Assembly: GCF_036321535.1 (NCBI RefSeq)
Contig: NC_087436.1
Location: 113,460,001-113,524,000, forward strand
DNA length: 64,000 nucleotides
Direction: 5' to 3'
Origin: Camelus dromedarius
Lineage: Eukaryota
Under the pieces are notes generated by a model. It searched no databases, was not told the origin of the DNA, and saw only the letters and a list, made by a program, of their open reading frames with translations. The translations under genes were made by a program, and so were the position numbers. Positions 12,856 to 25,015 of this stretch are shown in pieces (within the stretch, counting starts at the first letter, position 1; each line of letters begins with the position of its first letter).

Positions 12856-12990
12856 CTTTTTTTTTAATGTTTAAAATTATTTTCTTTGGGGTAATTAGGT
12901 TTATTTATTTGTTTTTAGAAGAGGAACTTGGGCTTGAACCCAGGACCTCTGCTTGCTAAGCATGTGCTCCATCTCTTGAGCTCTCCCCTC
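12856..12990 (-). mobile_element. tRNA-derived SINE, Vic-1 (camelid) type
   Basis: Reverse complement reads GGGGAGAGCTCAAGAGATGGAGCACATGCTTAGCAAGCAGAGGTCCTGGGTTCAAGCCCAAGTTCCTCTTCTAAAAACAAATAAATAAACCTAATTACCCC plus an A-rich tail. It has a degenerate A box, a B box GGTTCAAGCCC, and the AAATAAACCTAATTACC tail I recall from Vic-1. Confidence 0.85.
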
Positions 12991-13516
12991 CTCCCACACC
13001 TATGTTTCTATGTATCTAGCTGTGTCTATTTATATGTGTAGACGTTGTGGTCTGGGTATGTGCGTATATATGTACTGTATACAGGTACGTATCTGCAGTA
13101 CAGATTGTGGATGGATATATATTCTAGATATAAAGATATTGGTACTGCAGTATGTTTCAGGTTATATATTATAATACATCAGTATATATTAAACGCATAT
13201 AATTGAGACTGCCAAACAGGAAGCACTCCGTAAATATCAACTTGTATTATTTTTTCACCTTATTTCAGTAGCGTCATGTCTCTCACTTTACTAATTCTCA
13301 GAATACATGGTTCCTTTTTACATACATACACAACCACTTTTAAACACAAATATGAAATTCAAGAGAATGTGATGGGTAGATAAATTTAGGATGCCAAGAG
13401 CACAGAAGAAAAGGCCAGTCACCAGATTTTACAAAGGATCCTCTGAACTCCTTCTCTGGACATTTAACTTGATATATTATCCTAAATGTCCTATGTCACA
13501 TGGTCCACGAGGTCTT

Positions 13517-13645
13517 NNNNNNNNNNNNNNNNNNNNNNNNNNNNNNNNNNNNNNNNNNNNNNNNNNNNNNNNNNNNNNNNNNNNNNNNNNNNNNNNNNNN
13601 NNNNNNNNNNNNNNNNNNNNNNNNNNNNNNNNNNNNNNNNNNNNN
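13517..13645. other. Assembly gap (129 N)
   Basis: N run; the right flank resembles a MIR core. Confidence 0.95.
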
Positions 13646-13689
13646 CATTATTATGTACATTTTAACTATGGAAAATGAAAGAGAGATTG

Positions 13690-13800
13690 AATTAATAATG
13701 GACAGAGCATGGACTTTAGACTCAGGCAAGCCTGGGTTTAAAACTTTGCTCAACATCTTATAACCTTGAGTAACCTTGGATGTGAAGTCTTTAGCCCATT
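13690..13800 (+). mobile_element. MIR SINE
   Basis: gacagagcatggactttagactcaggcaagcctgggtttaaa. Confidence 0.6.
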
Positions 13801-14423
13801 TCAAAATCAATGCTCAAAAAGTGCTGCTGTCATTATTATTTCTTAATTGCTCTGAAATAAAGTTTTCCCATCTCAAAAATAATGATTATTATATTTATAT
13901 TGATATAGAGCAATTATTGCTCATTTTGGTGAAAATAATAAGTATTTCATTTTTAGCACAAAGGGGGCCATTATAGGTAATCAATTAATAGTGATCATTT
14001 AACATTTTGTTATCATCTCCAACTATGTATTTTTTATGTAAATTGTCTCCTGTGTGGCAGAGGCTGTCTCCACCCAAATATTCCACTTTTCCTTCTGTAG
14101 GATAGAGCTGTCTCCGGGGAAGATTTGCCAGGAATGTGGAAATGCTGCCTCTAACTTTTAAAAGTATCTGACACAACATGATTTGAAATTTGGCTTTACA
14201 TTAACATCCCATGCATGAGAAAAAACAGTTTTGAGGCCCAAACCAAGTATTAGTTTATCCAATTTAGAAAGTTTAATTTGGCATGGTCTCCTTGCTGAAG
14301 CTTGTTATTTCCATTATTCTGTTCACTTTTGATCTGAGTCTATTTAGACTTCGTTTGAACATTGAATCTGTGGACTATTGGAATTATAGACCTGGAAAAG
14401 CCCCAAGAGATGATCTTAGAGTC

Positions 14424-14660
14424 CTGCTTTTCAAACTGTGATCTTAGGAACCACAGGGATGAAGAAGAGGTCCCTCACCATTTACCTTAGTTGTAAGAGA
14501 GGTCAGAGCCTGGGTGGGAACAGACACCCATCACTCCCACCCCTACTCTTCAGCCAGCCAGATCCACATGGATTCTGTATTATATGTTAGGCTTCTGACT
14601 AAGATGCCATTTGAAGAAGGATTTCGTAGCTGTCTGTCTATAGCAATGTCAAAAACAATG
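14424..14660 (+). mobile_element. hAT-Charlie MITE (MER103C-like)
   Basis: cttttcaaactgtg...ggaaccacaggg and taagatgccatttgaagaaggatttcgtagctg...aaaaacaatg. Confidence 0.45.
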
Positions 14661-14668
14661 ATCAAGAT

Positions 14669-14891
14669 CAAGGGTCTGTAAACTTTGTCTGTAAAGGGCC
14701 AGATGATAAACAGAGACAGAATGGACTTAACATTTTAAGTCTCTGTTGAAGTCTATACTGTCCCTGTTACAGCTATTCAACTGTTGTGGCAGAAAAGCTG
14801 CTCTAGACAATATGGAAACAAATGAGCATGGCTGTGTTCCAATAAAACTTTATTTACAAAAACGTGTGTTGGATTTGCTTGTAGACCCCTG
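14669..14891 (+). mobile_element. MER58A hAT-Charlie MITE
   Basis: caagggtctgtaaactttgtctgtaaagggccagatg ... gagcatggctgtgttccaataaaactttatttacaaaa ... gacccctg, with TIR-like ends. Confidence 0.9.
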
Positions 14892-15284
14892 ATCTCATAG
14901 CAGCCCTCCTCTCATTTTACATTAAGAAATAGAGGTAGAGTGAGGTTAAAAGATTTACTTAAGGTAGTATAACAATTAGTAGCTGTTATGAGAATGAAAC
15001 CTTAGTCTCCTTATTCATCTTCCTCACTCCCTGCTCCACCCCATCCATAACCAGTGTTTCTCAAAAGTCCTCAATGTGATGTTCTGTTCACATTCTCACA
15101 TCCTGTAAGATTTAGCCGATTTTCTATCCCTCCTCTGTACTCCCTTCACAGACTGAATGCTTTGCATGTATTATCTTTTTCAATGTCTGCAACAACCCTA
15201 TAATACAGATATTAGTCTCCATTTTATAGAGAAGAAAATGGGAGTTTAGAGACTTGCCCAGTGTCACAATTTTAACTGGCCTCC

Positions 15285-16157
15285 AAATTATCCTTATTGG
15301 CTCAGGCCACTGACCTTAGAATGATCACTGACTCCTCCCTTCCTCTTGGACACCACACTCAATCTGTCAGGAATTTGGTTCTGCCTTCAAAATAGGTTCA
15401 GAATCCAGCCACCTCTCATCACCTCCATGATTGCCTTCTTGACCGAGGCTTCTGGCTTCTCTCCCCAGGATCACTGCAATGGTCTTCTGGAAGTTCCTCC
15501 TGCCTCTAATTTTGTGCACTTAAAGTCAATTCCCACCATGGCAGCTGGAGAGATCCTGCTGGAACATGAGACAGCTCATGGCCATTCCCTGCTGAAGCCC
15601 TGCCATGGCTGCTCATGTCACCCAGTAAAGACAGAAATCCTACCATGGCCCTCATGGCCCTGCACCGTCTGCCCAGTCTTACCTCTCTTCCTCCTCCCCC
15701 TCCCCTTCTTGTCCCTAACCTTGTTCATGGACAGATCTGGCCCCACATTAGGGCCTTGTCTCTGGCTGTTCCCCTACCGGCATTTCCTCCCCTCCTCCAC
15801 TCCACATCCGCATGGTTGCCCACCTGTCACCTACTTCTGGTCTCTGCTCTCATGCCACTTTCTCAAGAAGGCCTATCTTGACAACCTTACTTAAAACTAC
15901 ATTCTAAACTCCCTTGCTCTATATTCCCCAGGCCCCTTTCCCTGTTCTGTTTTCTTTTTCCCATTACCAGCTTCTAATATACTAATTTATTTATTATACT
16001 TATTGTTCATTGTCTCTCCCTTCCCCAGTCCCCAACCAATGTCCTTGACTTTATGATCTATATTTTGTCCACCTTTGTTTCCTAGTGTCTTCACCAGAGC
16101 TGAGCATGTAGCAGGCACTGAATAAATATTTATTTATTTATTGAATGAATGAATGAA
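15285..16157 (+). mobile_element. L2a LINE, long 3' fragment with tail
   Basis: cagaatccagccacctctcatcacctcc, ccccaggatcactgcaatggtc, ending aataaatatttatttatttattgaatgaatgaatgaa. It explains ORFs 15346-15894 and 15615-15881. Confidence 0.9.
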
Positions 16158-16974
16158 ACTGTCTTTTTTATTTCAAGGTTATGTTCTTAATTACTAAATT
16201 ATATTCTAAAGGAGTGAGAGATTAAGTGAGTGAATGAATGAACAGAATGAGTGACTCTTCTACTGGCTTGGGAGTTCATTGACGGGGATGTCTCTTTATC
16301 ATGTGAGTGTGCCTGGCACAGAGCAGGTGCTTAGTGGATACTTGTGGAATTAATGCACATCCCGCAGCACCGATTCTGACATTCGGTAGCCCTGTTACCC
16401 TGTAAAATATTCCCCTCCTGTTTTGGCCCATCGTGACCACAATTACTTCTCTTAGCCAAAAAAGCCCTTTGTCCCTTGGCTGAGGTTCAGACCCTGCTGC
16501 TTTCAGCCAGACTGGGCAACAAAAAGGAGCTTCAGAAGGAAGAACAACAGTCACTTTCTTTCTGCAGGATTCCTCCCAGGCTGTTTAAGCCTCTCCCCAT
16601 GTCTCCTGTTTTAAAACCTTTTTGCTTTCTTTGCTCTGTAGGATTCCAGCTGACAGCCCAAAGAGGTGACTCTGGCTGGAAAGTATAAGAGTGAAACAGT
16701 CCTGGGAAATCCTTCCCCCAGGAAATATTGAAATATCAGGGCTTTTTTGGCCTGCATTTTGTATTCCAGATATTCTAGAGCTCAGATATTGGGGCAAAAT
16801 TAAAGAAAATAGCAATCTGGTGTATACAAAGGAGCAATTCTGTAGCAGCAAACTTGTCGACGGCAAGTGAAGTCTGGAGACAAAGCCCTGATGATTCCTT
16901 CTAATGCTATCCCACCCCAACCTCCAACTTTAGGGTTTTTTGTTTTGTTTTGTTTTGTTTTTTACATCAAGACA

Positions 16975-17150
16975 TGCTGAGTGTCAGAAGGTTGCAGGTA
17001 CCAGCTCTGCCACTTAGGAACTATGTCCTCTTAGGTAAATCATTTAGCTTTTCTAAGCTTTATTATATCATCTGTAAAATGGAAATATTAAATCCGAAAT
17101 ATCATGAGAAGTAAACAAGATACTGTGTTACCTTTGTGAAATGCTTTCTG
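16975..17150 (+). mobile_element. MIR SINE
   Basis: ccagctctgccacttagg...ttaggtaaatcatttagcttttctaagc...catctgtaaaatgg. Confidence 0.7.
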
Positions 17151-17164
17151 ATTTTCTTCAACAG

Positions 17165-17428
17165 TTAATCTCTATGTATGTGATAAAAACTCATAGTATC
17201 ATAGTATCACACACACACACACAGAATGTATGTAAAAACTGGTGAAATCTGAATAAGATCTCTGGTTTAAACTATTTGATGTCAATTTCTTGGTTTGATA
17301 ATGGATGTAAGATACATGAAAGATATTATCTTTGGGGGGAACTGGGGGAAGGGAGCACAGAATTTTGCATTATTTGGCAAATTCTTGCAAGCCTAAAATT
17401 ATTTCAAAATAAGTTTTTTAAAAAATTA
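17165..17428 (+). mobile_element. L1MC-type 3' terminus
   Basis: aaaactggtgaaatctgaataagatc...gtcaatttcttggtttgata...ggggaactgggggaaggg...aaattatttcaaaataag. Confidence 0.8.
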
Positions 17429-17709
17429 ATTTCTGCCACTTTTTTCCCTCTCAAAACATCTCCTGAATGTGTCTAATGGAACGTGTCACACTTAGAACTG
17501 CTGGATCAGAGTCTCTCAAGGATTCTGCGATCCTTGAGGGCACAGTTGCTTTCTTATCTGTTCTTCCTCACTCGACTAGCATAGTGCCTGGCTCAGGTTG
17601 GTGTTCACAAAGTTTTGTTGATTCTATCAGCTCAGAATATCAAAATAAGCAATCTCTCTTCTTAGATACTCTGGCGCTGAAAATCTCTGAAAATATTTAA
17701 AGAAAATTA

Positions 17710-17900
17710 ACATTTGTTGACAGCCTAGTTTATGCAAGGCACTTTATGTAAAGTTCGTTTAGGTAATCCCCGTAGCAATCTTATGAGGTGTACACTAGGA
17801 TTCCCATTTTACAGATGAGGAAACAGCTTCAGAAAGCTTAATCTACCCGCCTGGGGTGGGCAGCTTGGAGGTAGATTCAAGCTCATAGTCTGTCTGGCTC
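17710..17900 (-). mobile_element. MIR SINE
   Basis: cccattttacagatgaggaaacagc core. Confidence 0.8.
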
Positions 17901-17910
17901 CAAAGTTAAT

Positions 17911-18650
17911 TTTCATTCATTCATTCATTTATGCATTTATTCATTTCTGCAGTTTTTCAAAAATGCTTCTGAAGCACCCACTATTTGTCAGGGTCCATTC
18001 TCAGACCTTAGAATGCAGTCATGAACCAACAGTTTCCTGCCTTTGTGAGGCTGATATTCTAGTGATGAAGGACAGATGATACAGACTAAATAAAATTTGT
18101 TAAAAACACATGGACATGAAGGAGAAAGAAGAACATAGAAGGGAAATTAAGACAGTAGGGGCTGAGGGCAATTCTTAGGAGGAAATAGAGCATGCAGTGT
18201 AGGCCCCACTGAGAACACAAGATTTGAGCAATGGAGTTAACTTTGGGGAGATCTCTGCAGGGAGAGCCTTCCAGATGGAGGAGCAGCCAGTGCAGAAGCT
18301 GTCAGACCACGGACACGGGACTTGTGGGTGTGTGGTCAGGCAAAAAGCATCGTGGGGAAGTAGTAGAGAGGTCGGGGATGGAGGGCAGAGCACGGAGAGC
18401 ATCACAAGGCCTTTGTGAGGCCTTTGGTTTTGCTCTGAGCCAGGAACCACTGCAGAGTTCTGAGCAAAGGAGTGACATGAGCTGACTGTTGCCTTTATGG
18501 ACTCTCTCTGGCTGTTGGGTAGAGCCTAGACTAGGCTGAAGGAGTCAAGATCAGAAGCAGGAGACCAGCTGAAAGACTGTGGCAGTATTCCAGGCTAGAG
18601 ATGAGAGTGGCTTTGACATAGCAGTTGGGGTGGAGGACCAGATGTGGCCT
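17911..18650 (-). mobile_element. L2 LINE 3' fragment
   Basis: ttcattcattcattcatt tail; gcctttgtgaggcctttggttttgctctgag...gagcaaaggagtgacatgagctgac. Confidence 0.85.
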
Positions 18651-19422
18651 GTCTCTCACCAGTGTTTACAGAACCTCAGACAGTTGATTCTTCACATGCC
18701 TTTTCTTTCTCCCCCTGTGCTGTGTGGCTCCGATCCTCATTCTTTCTCCCCTCAGCTCCCCACGCTGGCACCCTGAGCATAGTCCTGCATGTCCTGCCTT
18801 CCTCCTCTGCTGTGGCCCACTTTGTGCCCTGGGCCTTGCCACAGAGCCCCCAGGGCTTGCTCTTGGCTGCCTATCCTCATCCGCTGTTTCCTCAGACACC
18901 TGTTTGCCCTGATCTGTCAAATGTTGTGAAACAAAAGGTTTCAGGTGGCTAATGGATGCACCTGGGAACAAAGTGGGGCCTCCTCCCAGCACGCCAAAGC
19001 TGGGAGGATGGCAAACTGACTCTCAGTTTCCACTTCTGTCCCGAGGGGATAATTGATACCTGTCTCGCAGAACATCATGTGGTCCAATGGGACAACACGT
19101 GGGGAATTGCGTTGCAACGAGCACTTTACGTAGACAATAGGGAAGAGGAAAGATTTTGTTCGGTACACACTGGCATCAAACACTTAGGATCCAGTATTTC
19201 ATGCAACCCTTCCAAGGATTCTGTGGGTAGGTTCCTGCTTCCCAGATGAGAGACCCAGGAATAAAGTAGCCTGCAATGAGCCTGCGGCCAATTCTTTTAT
19301 AAGGGTGCAGACAACCTCCAAAGCAGAAAGATGCTTCACACCTGGAGAAGACAACAAATTCCTTGTTTAAAAAGTAAAAAGTAAAATGATAAAGAGATAG
19401 GCTTGATTTCTTGGGCCCGGGC

Positions 19423-19442
19423 ATGACTGAGTCAATGAGTCA
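19423..19442. promoter_or_regulatory. Tandem AP-1 motifs (TGAGTCA at 19428-19434 and 19436-19442)
   Basis: ATGACTGAGTCAATGAGTCA in apparently unique sequence; motif match only. Confidence 0.35.
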
Positions 19443-21301
19443 AAGCAGAAAGTCCCAGGGCCTCAGTCAGTGCCAGGCCTCGGGGGTGTGGACCTCCCAG
19501 CCAGGGCTTCCCACAGCCGTCTGTGGGCGCTTCCCCTGAGCCTGCAGAGGGAAGGGGTGTGTGAGTGCTTTCCCATGACACCAAAATGCAGCTAAGCAGA
19601 AAAGGCACGTGGCTTGGGGCTGGGAAGACATTTATGACAACCTGGCAATGGAATCCATTTGGCCCAGTCCAGCTAGGAGTGGCAAGCTGGGGCAAGAGTC
19701 ACAACTAATGATAGTCACTCCTTTTCATTGTGTGGTGAAGCCTTCCCCACTCCCAATGGGGTGCAGGGCTCGTGGGCAAGTGGATTGTGCCCGGGGTGCA
19801 GAAATGTGCTGAGAAGGTGGTGCCTAGGTAGCCTTGCCCTGCCTGTGTTAATCACCCAGTCAGAAGTCCATTTGGGGCTGGTTTGCAGCTTGTCAGCATT
19901 TTAAAACCTGGTAGTTCTCTCACCCAGACTGTTATTTCCCCCTTGCCAGAATCTGGAAAGGAGGCCAAAGGAGTTGACATCTCCAAAGCCAAAGCTCTTT
20001 TTTCCCTGCTGCTGCAGGAGTTTTCTGAATGTTGGTAGAAGTTAATTATATGAGTCAACTTGGCTAGGCTATGGTGACCCTTGGCCTTCCAAGCAAAGAC
20101 TGAGTCTTCCCAAAGAAGGAATTTAGCCTGTAGACTGTAATGTAGAAATCCTGTTTGAGATTTCAACCTTTGGACTCAAGTGGAATTTGAGGGGCATCTG
20201 CTGTTCGGCTGCAGACTTGGAAAGGGAGACTCCACCATTGCCTGCTGGGTGCCGAGCTGGCAGGGCAGGGGCACAGCAGTAAGGCTTCAGGGTCTTCAGT
20301 CACTCAGCCTTGGGCAATAGGCTTTTGATTTTGTAGGACAGACTTGACTGAGTACAAATATATGAATGTTAGAGTCAAAAATCCCAGGGATATGTCCGTG
20401 GGCCAATTGCAAACATTCTATGAGCTTCGGTCCTTTGGGAACGTTGGACCAGGTTGGGGTGCCCATACTTTTCTCTGGTGGAGCACTGCCCTTTTATTAC
20501 TATTGTCACACAGAGCCCATATCTTACTTCCTGTTGGTTTATATTTATTTGATTAATTTATTTACATTAAGTGATGATGTTCTATGTATTAATTTATCAT
20601 AGCAGAAGATGACCAGTCTTAATGCCTTATTGTGATGATAAAAACCCCAATCCTTAGCAAAGAGGCAATTTTGTAGTTAAATCAGGTGACTTGATATTAA
20701 TATTGTTATATCTGCTTCTCTTTTTGTCAGCTTTTGCTTCTCATATCATTTCTAATCCTTTATTGTTTTTTATTTGATATTTTTGTTTAAGAGTGTTATT
20801 ATGATACATTAAGGTATATTTAAAAAAAAAACTTAGACTCTGTCCTTCTATAGAGAATTTGACCTATTTACATTTTTCTGATTACCAGCATGTTCTACCC
20901 ATATGAACTTAATTTAATCAATGTAAATTTCTGGCTAGGATAGCTGAACTATTGAAATAGTTTGGAGACAGCAAAAGTTCCCTTTTAGGACTCCTAAAGT
21001 CCTTTGGGACCCTAAAATTCCACAGTGTTCTTCATTTGTACATATGGATGCTGGAACCCATCCCTGAGTATTCCCTAAAGCGGTACCTAGTCAAGAAGCA
21101 GGCTGCAGCTGAAGAATAGAGTCATGGCCAAGGAGGCTTCCCTTTGTGTATTTGCAAGCTGCTTCCCACTTTTCTTTTGAATCTCTCCTGCTTTGCTTCT
21201 GGATTTGTCCTTTCAGGCCCATGACTAAGATGACTGCCTGAATGATACTGTTCTTGTGTTATTTTCTAAGACACAATTATCTCTGAGAAGTCCTGTAGTA
21301 G

Positions 21302-21432
21302 NNNNNNNNNNNNNNNNNNNNNNNNNNNNNNNNNNNNNNNNNNNNNNNNNNNNNNNNNNNNNNNNNNNNNNNNNNNNNNNNNNNNNNNNNNNNNNNNNNN
21401 NNNNNNNNNNNNNNNNNNNNNNNNNNNNNNNN
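21302..21432. other. Assembly gap (131 N)
   Basis: N run. Confidence 0.95.
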
Positions 21433-22199
21433 GCTGTTGTTCTGGGTGCTATTAATTGGGGGGTCACATAAGTGTACAGATAAATTCTTTTGGAGATCTA
21501 GAGAAATTATACCCTTGAGGACCACAGGAGACAGTTCTAATCTCTTTGTCCACAGACAGCCTCCATCCTATGCCTTGTGTGTTTATTCTGGCCTCTTTCT
21601 CTGAGCACAGGCATATGATCTGCATGCTGTGGCTGACCACTTCTCTCAGCCTTAGCTTCTCGTCATTCTGTTCCATTGTGACAGTTCAGGGCCTTGGAGT
21701 TCCTCAGAGAGCGCCCTTCGGGGCTTTCGGTCACCTCCTCCTCTCACCCCTCCCTGGAATCATGTGTCTGAGAGTGAGAACTGATGTTGGTTCCTCTCCT
21801 CTCTTAGCCTCTGGCCATTTGATCATGACTGTATTTCTCTCCAAGTTGATGATTCCTTTTCTTCAAGTGAGGCCCCTTTAAAGACTGAGCCCCTCCTGTT
21901 TGTCCATTTGGAGCTCTGGGAAAAGAGCTTCCCATCCTGATGGATGGATGGACACACCTGCAGTCTCCAGAGTGGCTTCGGCCCGGGGCCTCCCTGCTCA
22001 CGCTTTGCACTCAGGCTGAGGCTCTTGCTGCTCAAACAGTCCCCGATGCTGCCGAGCCCCCTGCACACTGTGGGTGGTGGCAAAGCCAGGCTTCCTGGTC
22101 CTTAACTTCTCTCCTGGATGTGATTTTATGTCTGTCCCTTAGGAAAGAGATTGACATGAAAACCAAGAGGACTGTAATGCGTGCCATGAAGCAGCTACA

Positions 22200-22450
22200 G
22201 AGCCCTGAATCTGAGGTGGGGTTTGAGGGTTAGGTCAGGTGGAGCAATGGCTTCCTTGCAGAGAAGCCTGTGAAATGAGACCTGAGGGGCCAGGTGAGTT
22301 GGCAGTAAGCTGGGGGGCAGGAAGGAGAGTTTCAGGCAGAAGGAACACCTTGAGAGGTGGTCAAAATGTGGAATCAGTTCCCTGTGCCAGACGCACCGGG
22401 TATGAGGGAGAAAGTGATTTGGGAAGGTAAGGAAGGGAAACCGGGACCAT
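22200..22450 (-). mobile_element. L2 fragment
   Basis: ggtcaggtggagcaatggcttcc...tgagacctgagggg...tttcaggcagaaggaacacc. Confidence 0.6.
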
Positions 22451-23639
22451 GACAAAGGAGCTATTTCTCATTCTCCTTCCTGGGGTATTCCCACTCCCAT
22501 GGCAGGGAAGTGCCTGAATCCATCATCTTTTCCTCAAAGAAATGAATCTCCTCTAAAGGGTACTTTCAGGTTGGTCCCCTGCCAGGTGAATGGACTAGAC
22601 GGACACACTTCAAGTCGCCTTCCATTGTCCTCCTCCACCGCAAGGAATGCCAGCCCAGTTCCCGAAAATTTGTGTTACAAAATCATGTGGGTACTCTGAC
22701 TTCAATTCTGAGAAAAAAAGGCTGGAAAGCACGTACACAAAAGGTGGTAATTGTGTTAGGATGATGTGTCTGCTGGCGGGTTTTATTCTTGCCTCTGTAT
22801 TACATGCTTTCTTTGGTTTTGTTTTACTAACTTTAAAATTATATTTAAAAAGAAATGTATTTGAATTATATTCAAAAAGATCTCCGACAGACATCCTGGG
22901 TCTAATTTCTAAGTCATGGCCAGAGAAACGCATCTCCCAGGTGGAACTGGTCTTGGTCTGTAATATATTAGCAGATATTCTATCAGGAAATGATAAGGCC
23001 ACATACCGAGGTCCTTAGAAATATAGGCAATCTCTCTCCCAATGGCATGGAGCGTTACCCTACCTCAGCCTAACGAATCTGCTCTTTTTGCGTTTATGGC
23101 CCCTATTCCAGCGTCTCATTTGTGTTGATGGCTATTTCAGAAACTGAAAGGAAATTCAGCAACACTGTTTGTGATGTGGCTGCAGAATTCCCTGCTGGCT
23201 GAGGGTCCCAGAGAGCTGTGTGTCCAGCATACAATGTCCTTTGTTTAAGCATCTGCATCCTTCCCTCAAGCCGGCTGTCAGCTCCAGGGAAGCAATCACC
23301 TTCCCTACTCTCACGCAGCCCAGGAATCGAAGCACAATTTGGCTTCTTTGTCATTTTCAAAAATCAAATCTGCCTAGGGACCAAGTTCCAGCAGCAGCTG
23401 TTTTTGCTTTATGTTTTATTTAAAGACATTTAATTTTGAGCCTTGTGTGTTTCCAATGTGGTTTTTTTTTTCTTTTTTTGTGTAAAGCAGGCTGTGCGCA
23501 TGTATAAAATACCACTTTTTTGTGTAGATGGGTCCTTTCACCAGCAGTCAGTGCTTTTTAGAATAAAATCAAATTGATTTAATTATTATAGTTATGCATA
23601 CTTTTATTATTTTACTTAAAATAATAGTAACCATACATC

Positions 23640-23850
23640 AGATATACCAAAGACTTACTCCATGGCAAGCTTTGTGCCAAATGGTTTATATGCACTTTCT
23701 CTTTAAGCCTTACCAGATTCTTATGATGTAGACAGAGAAATTTGATGTCCGTTTTATGAATGAAGTCTCAAAGGGATAACGACTTGCTCAAGTTCTCACG
23801 ACCGATGAGTAGGAAGCTGAGATTTTAACCCAGGTGTGTTTGATGCCATA
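23640..23850 (-). mobile_element. MIR SINE
   Basis: ctttgtgccaaatggtttatatgcac...gacttgctcaagttctcac...gagattttaacccaggtgtgtttgatgcc. Confidence 0.65.
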
Positions 23851-24124
23851 TAGTACACATGAAATATAATCTATGTGATGTTATATATGCACGTGTGCAT
23901 ATGCGTGTGCACCGTTTTACCATATCATCTATATATAACATCCTAACTTTCTAATCACATTCTCTCTCTCTCTGCCTCTTTCTCTGTCTTCTCTTTCACG
24001 TTTCCTCTTCGCTCTTTCTGGTTGCTGACTAAGCCTGTTTGTCATTTACAGAGTGTGATCTGGGTGGCAGAGTGTCCGAGCCTTGCACATCTTGACCCTC
24101 ACAGCTCATGTAGGCCCAAAGTGG

Positions 24125-24350
24125 ACAGAGCCCCTGGTCCTGATGCTGGGGCTAAGGGTGTCTATCTTGTCCCTGCTCTTTCCTAACTGCATGACCTTGG
24201 GGAAGTCCCACAGATTCTCAGAGCCTCAGTCCTCCCACCTCATGTGCTGGTTGGTGCCGACAGGAGTTGGTGGTCTGTGCCACCACCATGGCTGTTGTGA
24301 GGATTAAGTGTGAAGATGGATGTGAAAGCCCTTGATGAGCTGCAGAGTGT
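24125..24350 (+). mobile_element. MIR SINE
   Basis: ctaactgcatgaccttggggaagtccc...ctcagagcctcagtcctccc...gttgtgaggattaag. Confidence 0.75.
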
Positions 24351-24799
24351 CACAATCCTCTGTCATGGTCCTTCGGCTGCAGATCCTCTGGGATAAGATT
24401 TGTCTTTCAGGAGAGACGGGAAAGTAAGGTAAACAGGAATCACTACAGAGCCAGCCTCACAGGCGAGCAGGCTATAGAAGAAGTCACATGGGATTCAGCA
24501 AAACTCCGGGAACCAGGATTAGTCACCATCCCAAGGTGGAGGTAGCTGTTTTTCCTACTCCAAGAATTTGTCATCACACTCTCTGCCTCTGCTTATATGA
24601 ACCTGCCATTACTGACTAACTTACTTCTGCTCCTGTCTCTCCACATTTTGCTGCCTCACAGCTTCTGCTGTCTCCTATCTCCTCTCTCCTGCTCACCGCC
24701 CTCTCTTCTAAGTTTTTCTGCTTTTGTCTCTATTAAGGACCACCAACCCCTTCGGTAGATCTCACACTCAAACTACCAAGGAGGAGATTCAGTTTCTTA

Positions 24800-25015
24800 G
24801 CATGAGTGCTGTGATGATAAATATTTAATAACTGCTATCTATGGGAGGGTGAAATGGGGGATGTCCTGATTTGTAATGTTTGCCAGTTTTCATGATGCAA
24901 ATATTCCCAGTATGGTTGATTTCAGGCTACCTACACAATGTCACCTGGCTCCTCAAATCCTGAAAATTAGACAACTGGATCCTATGAACTAGTGTGAGAG
25001 AGCTCCCACACATCA
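24800..25015 (+). mobile_element. MER63-like hAT-Blackjack MITE
   Basis: gatttgtaatgtttgccagttttcatgatgcaaatattcccagtatggttgatttcaggctacc resembles the MER63 core. Confidence 0.7.

Noticed and set aside
15346-15894. 182-aa ORF
   Set aside because: It lies within an L2a fragment.
16600-16870. Strong plus-strand acceptors (tttgctctgtAG; ttttgtattccAG) with short open frames
   Set aside because: No good donor, and the frames close quickly or are unrecognised.
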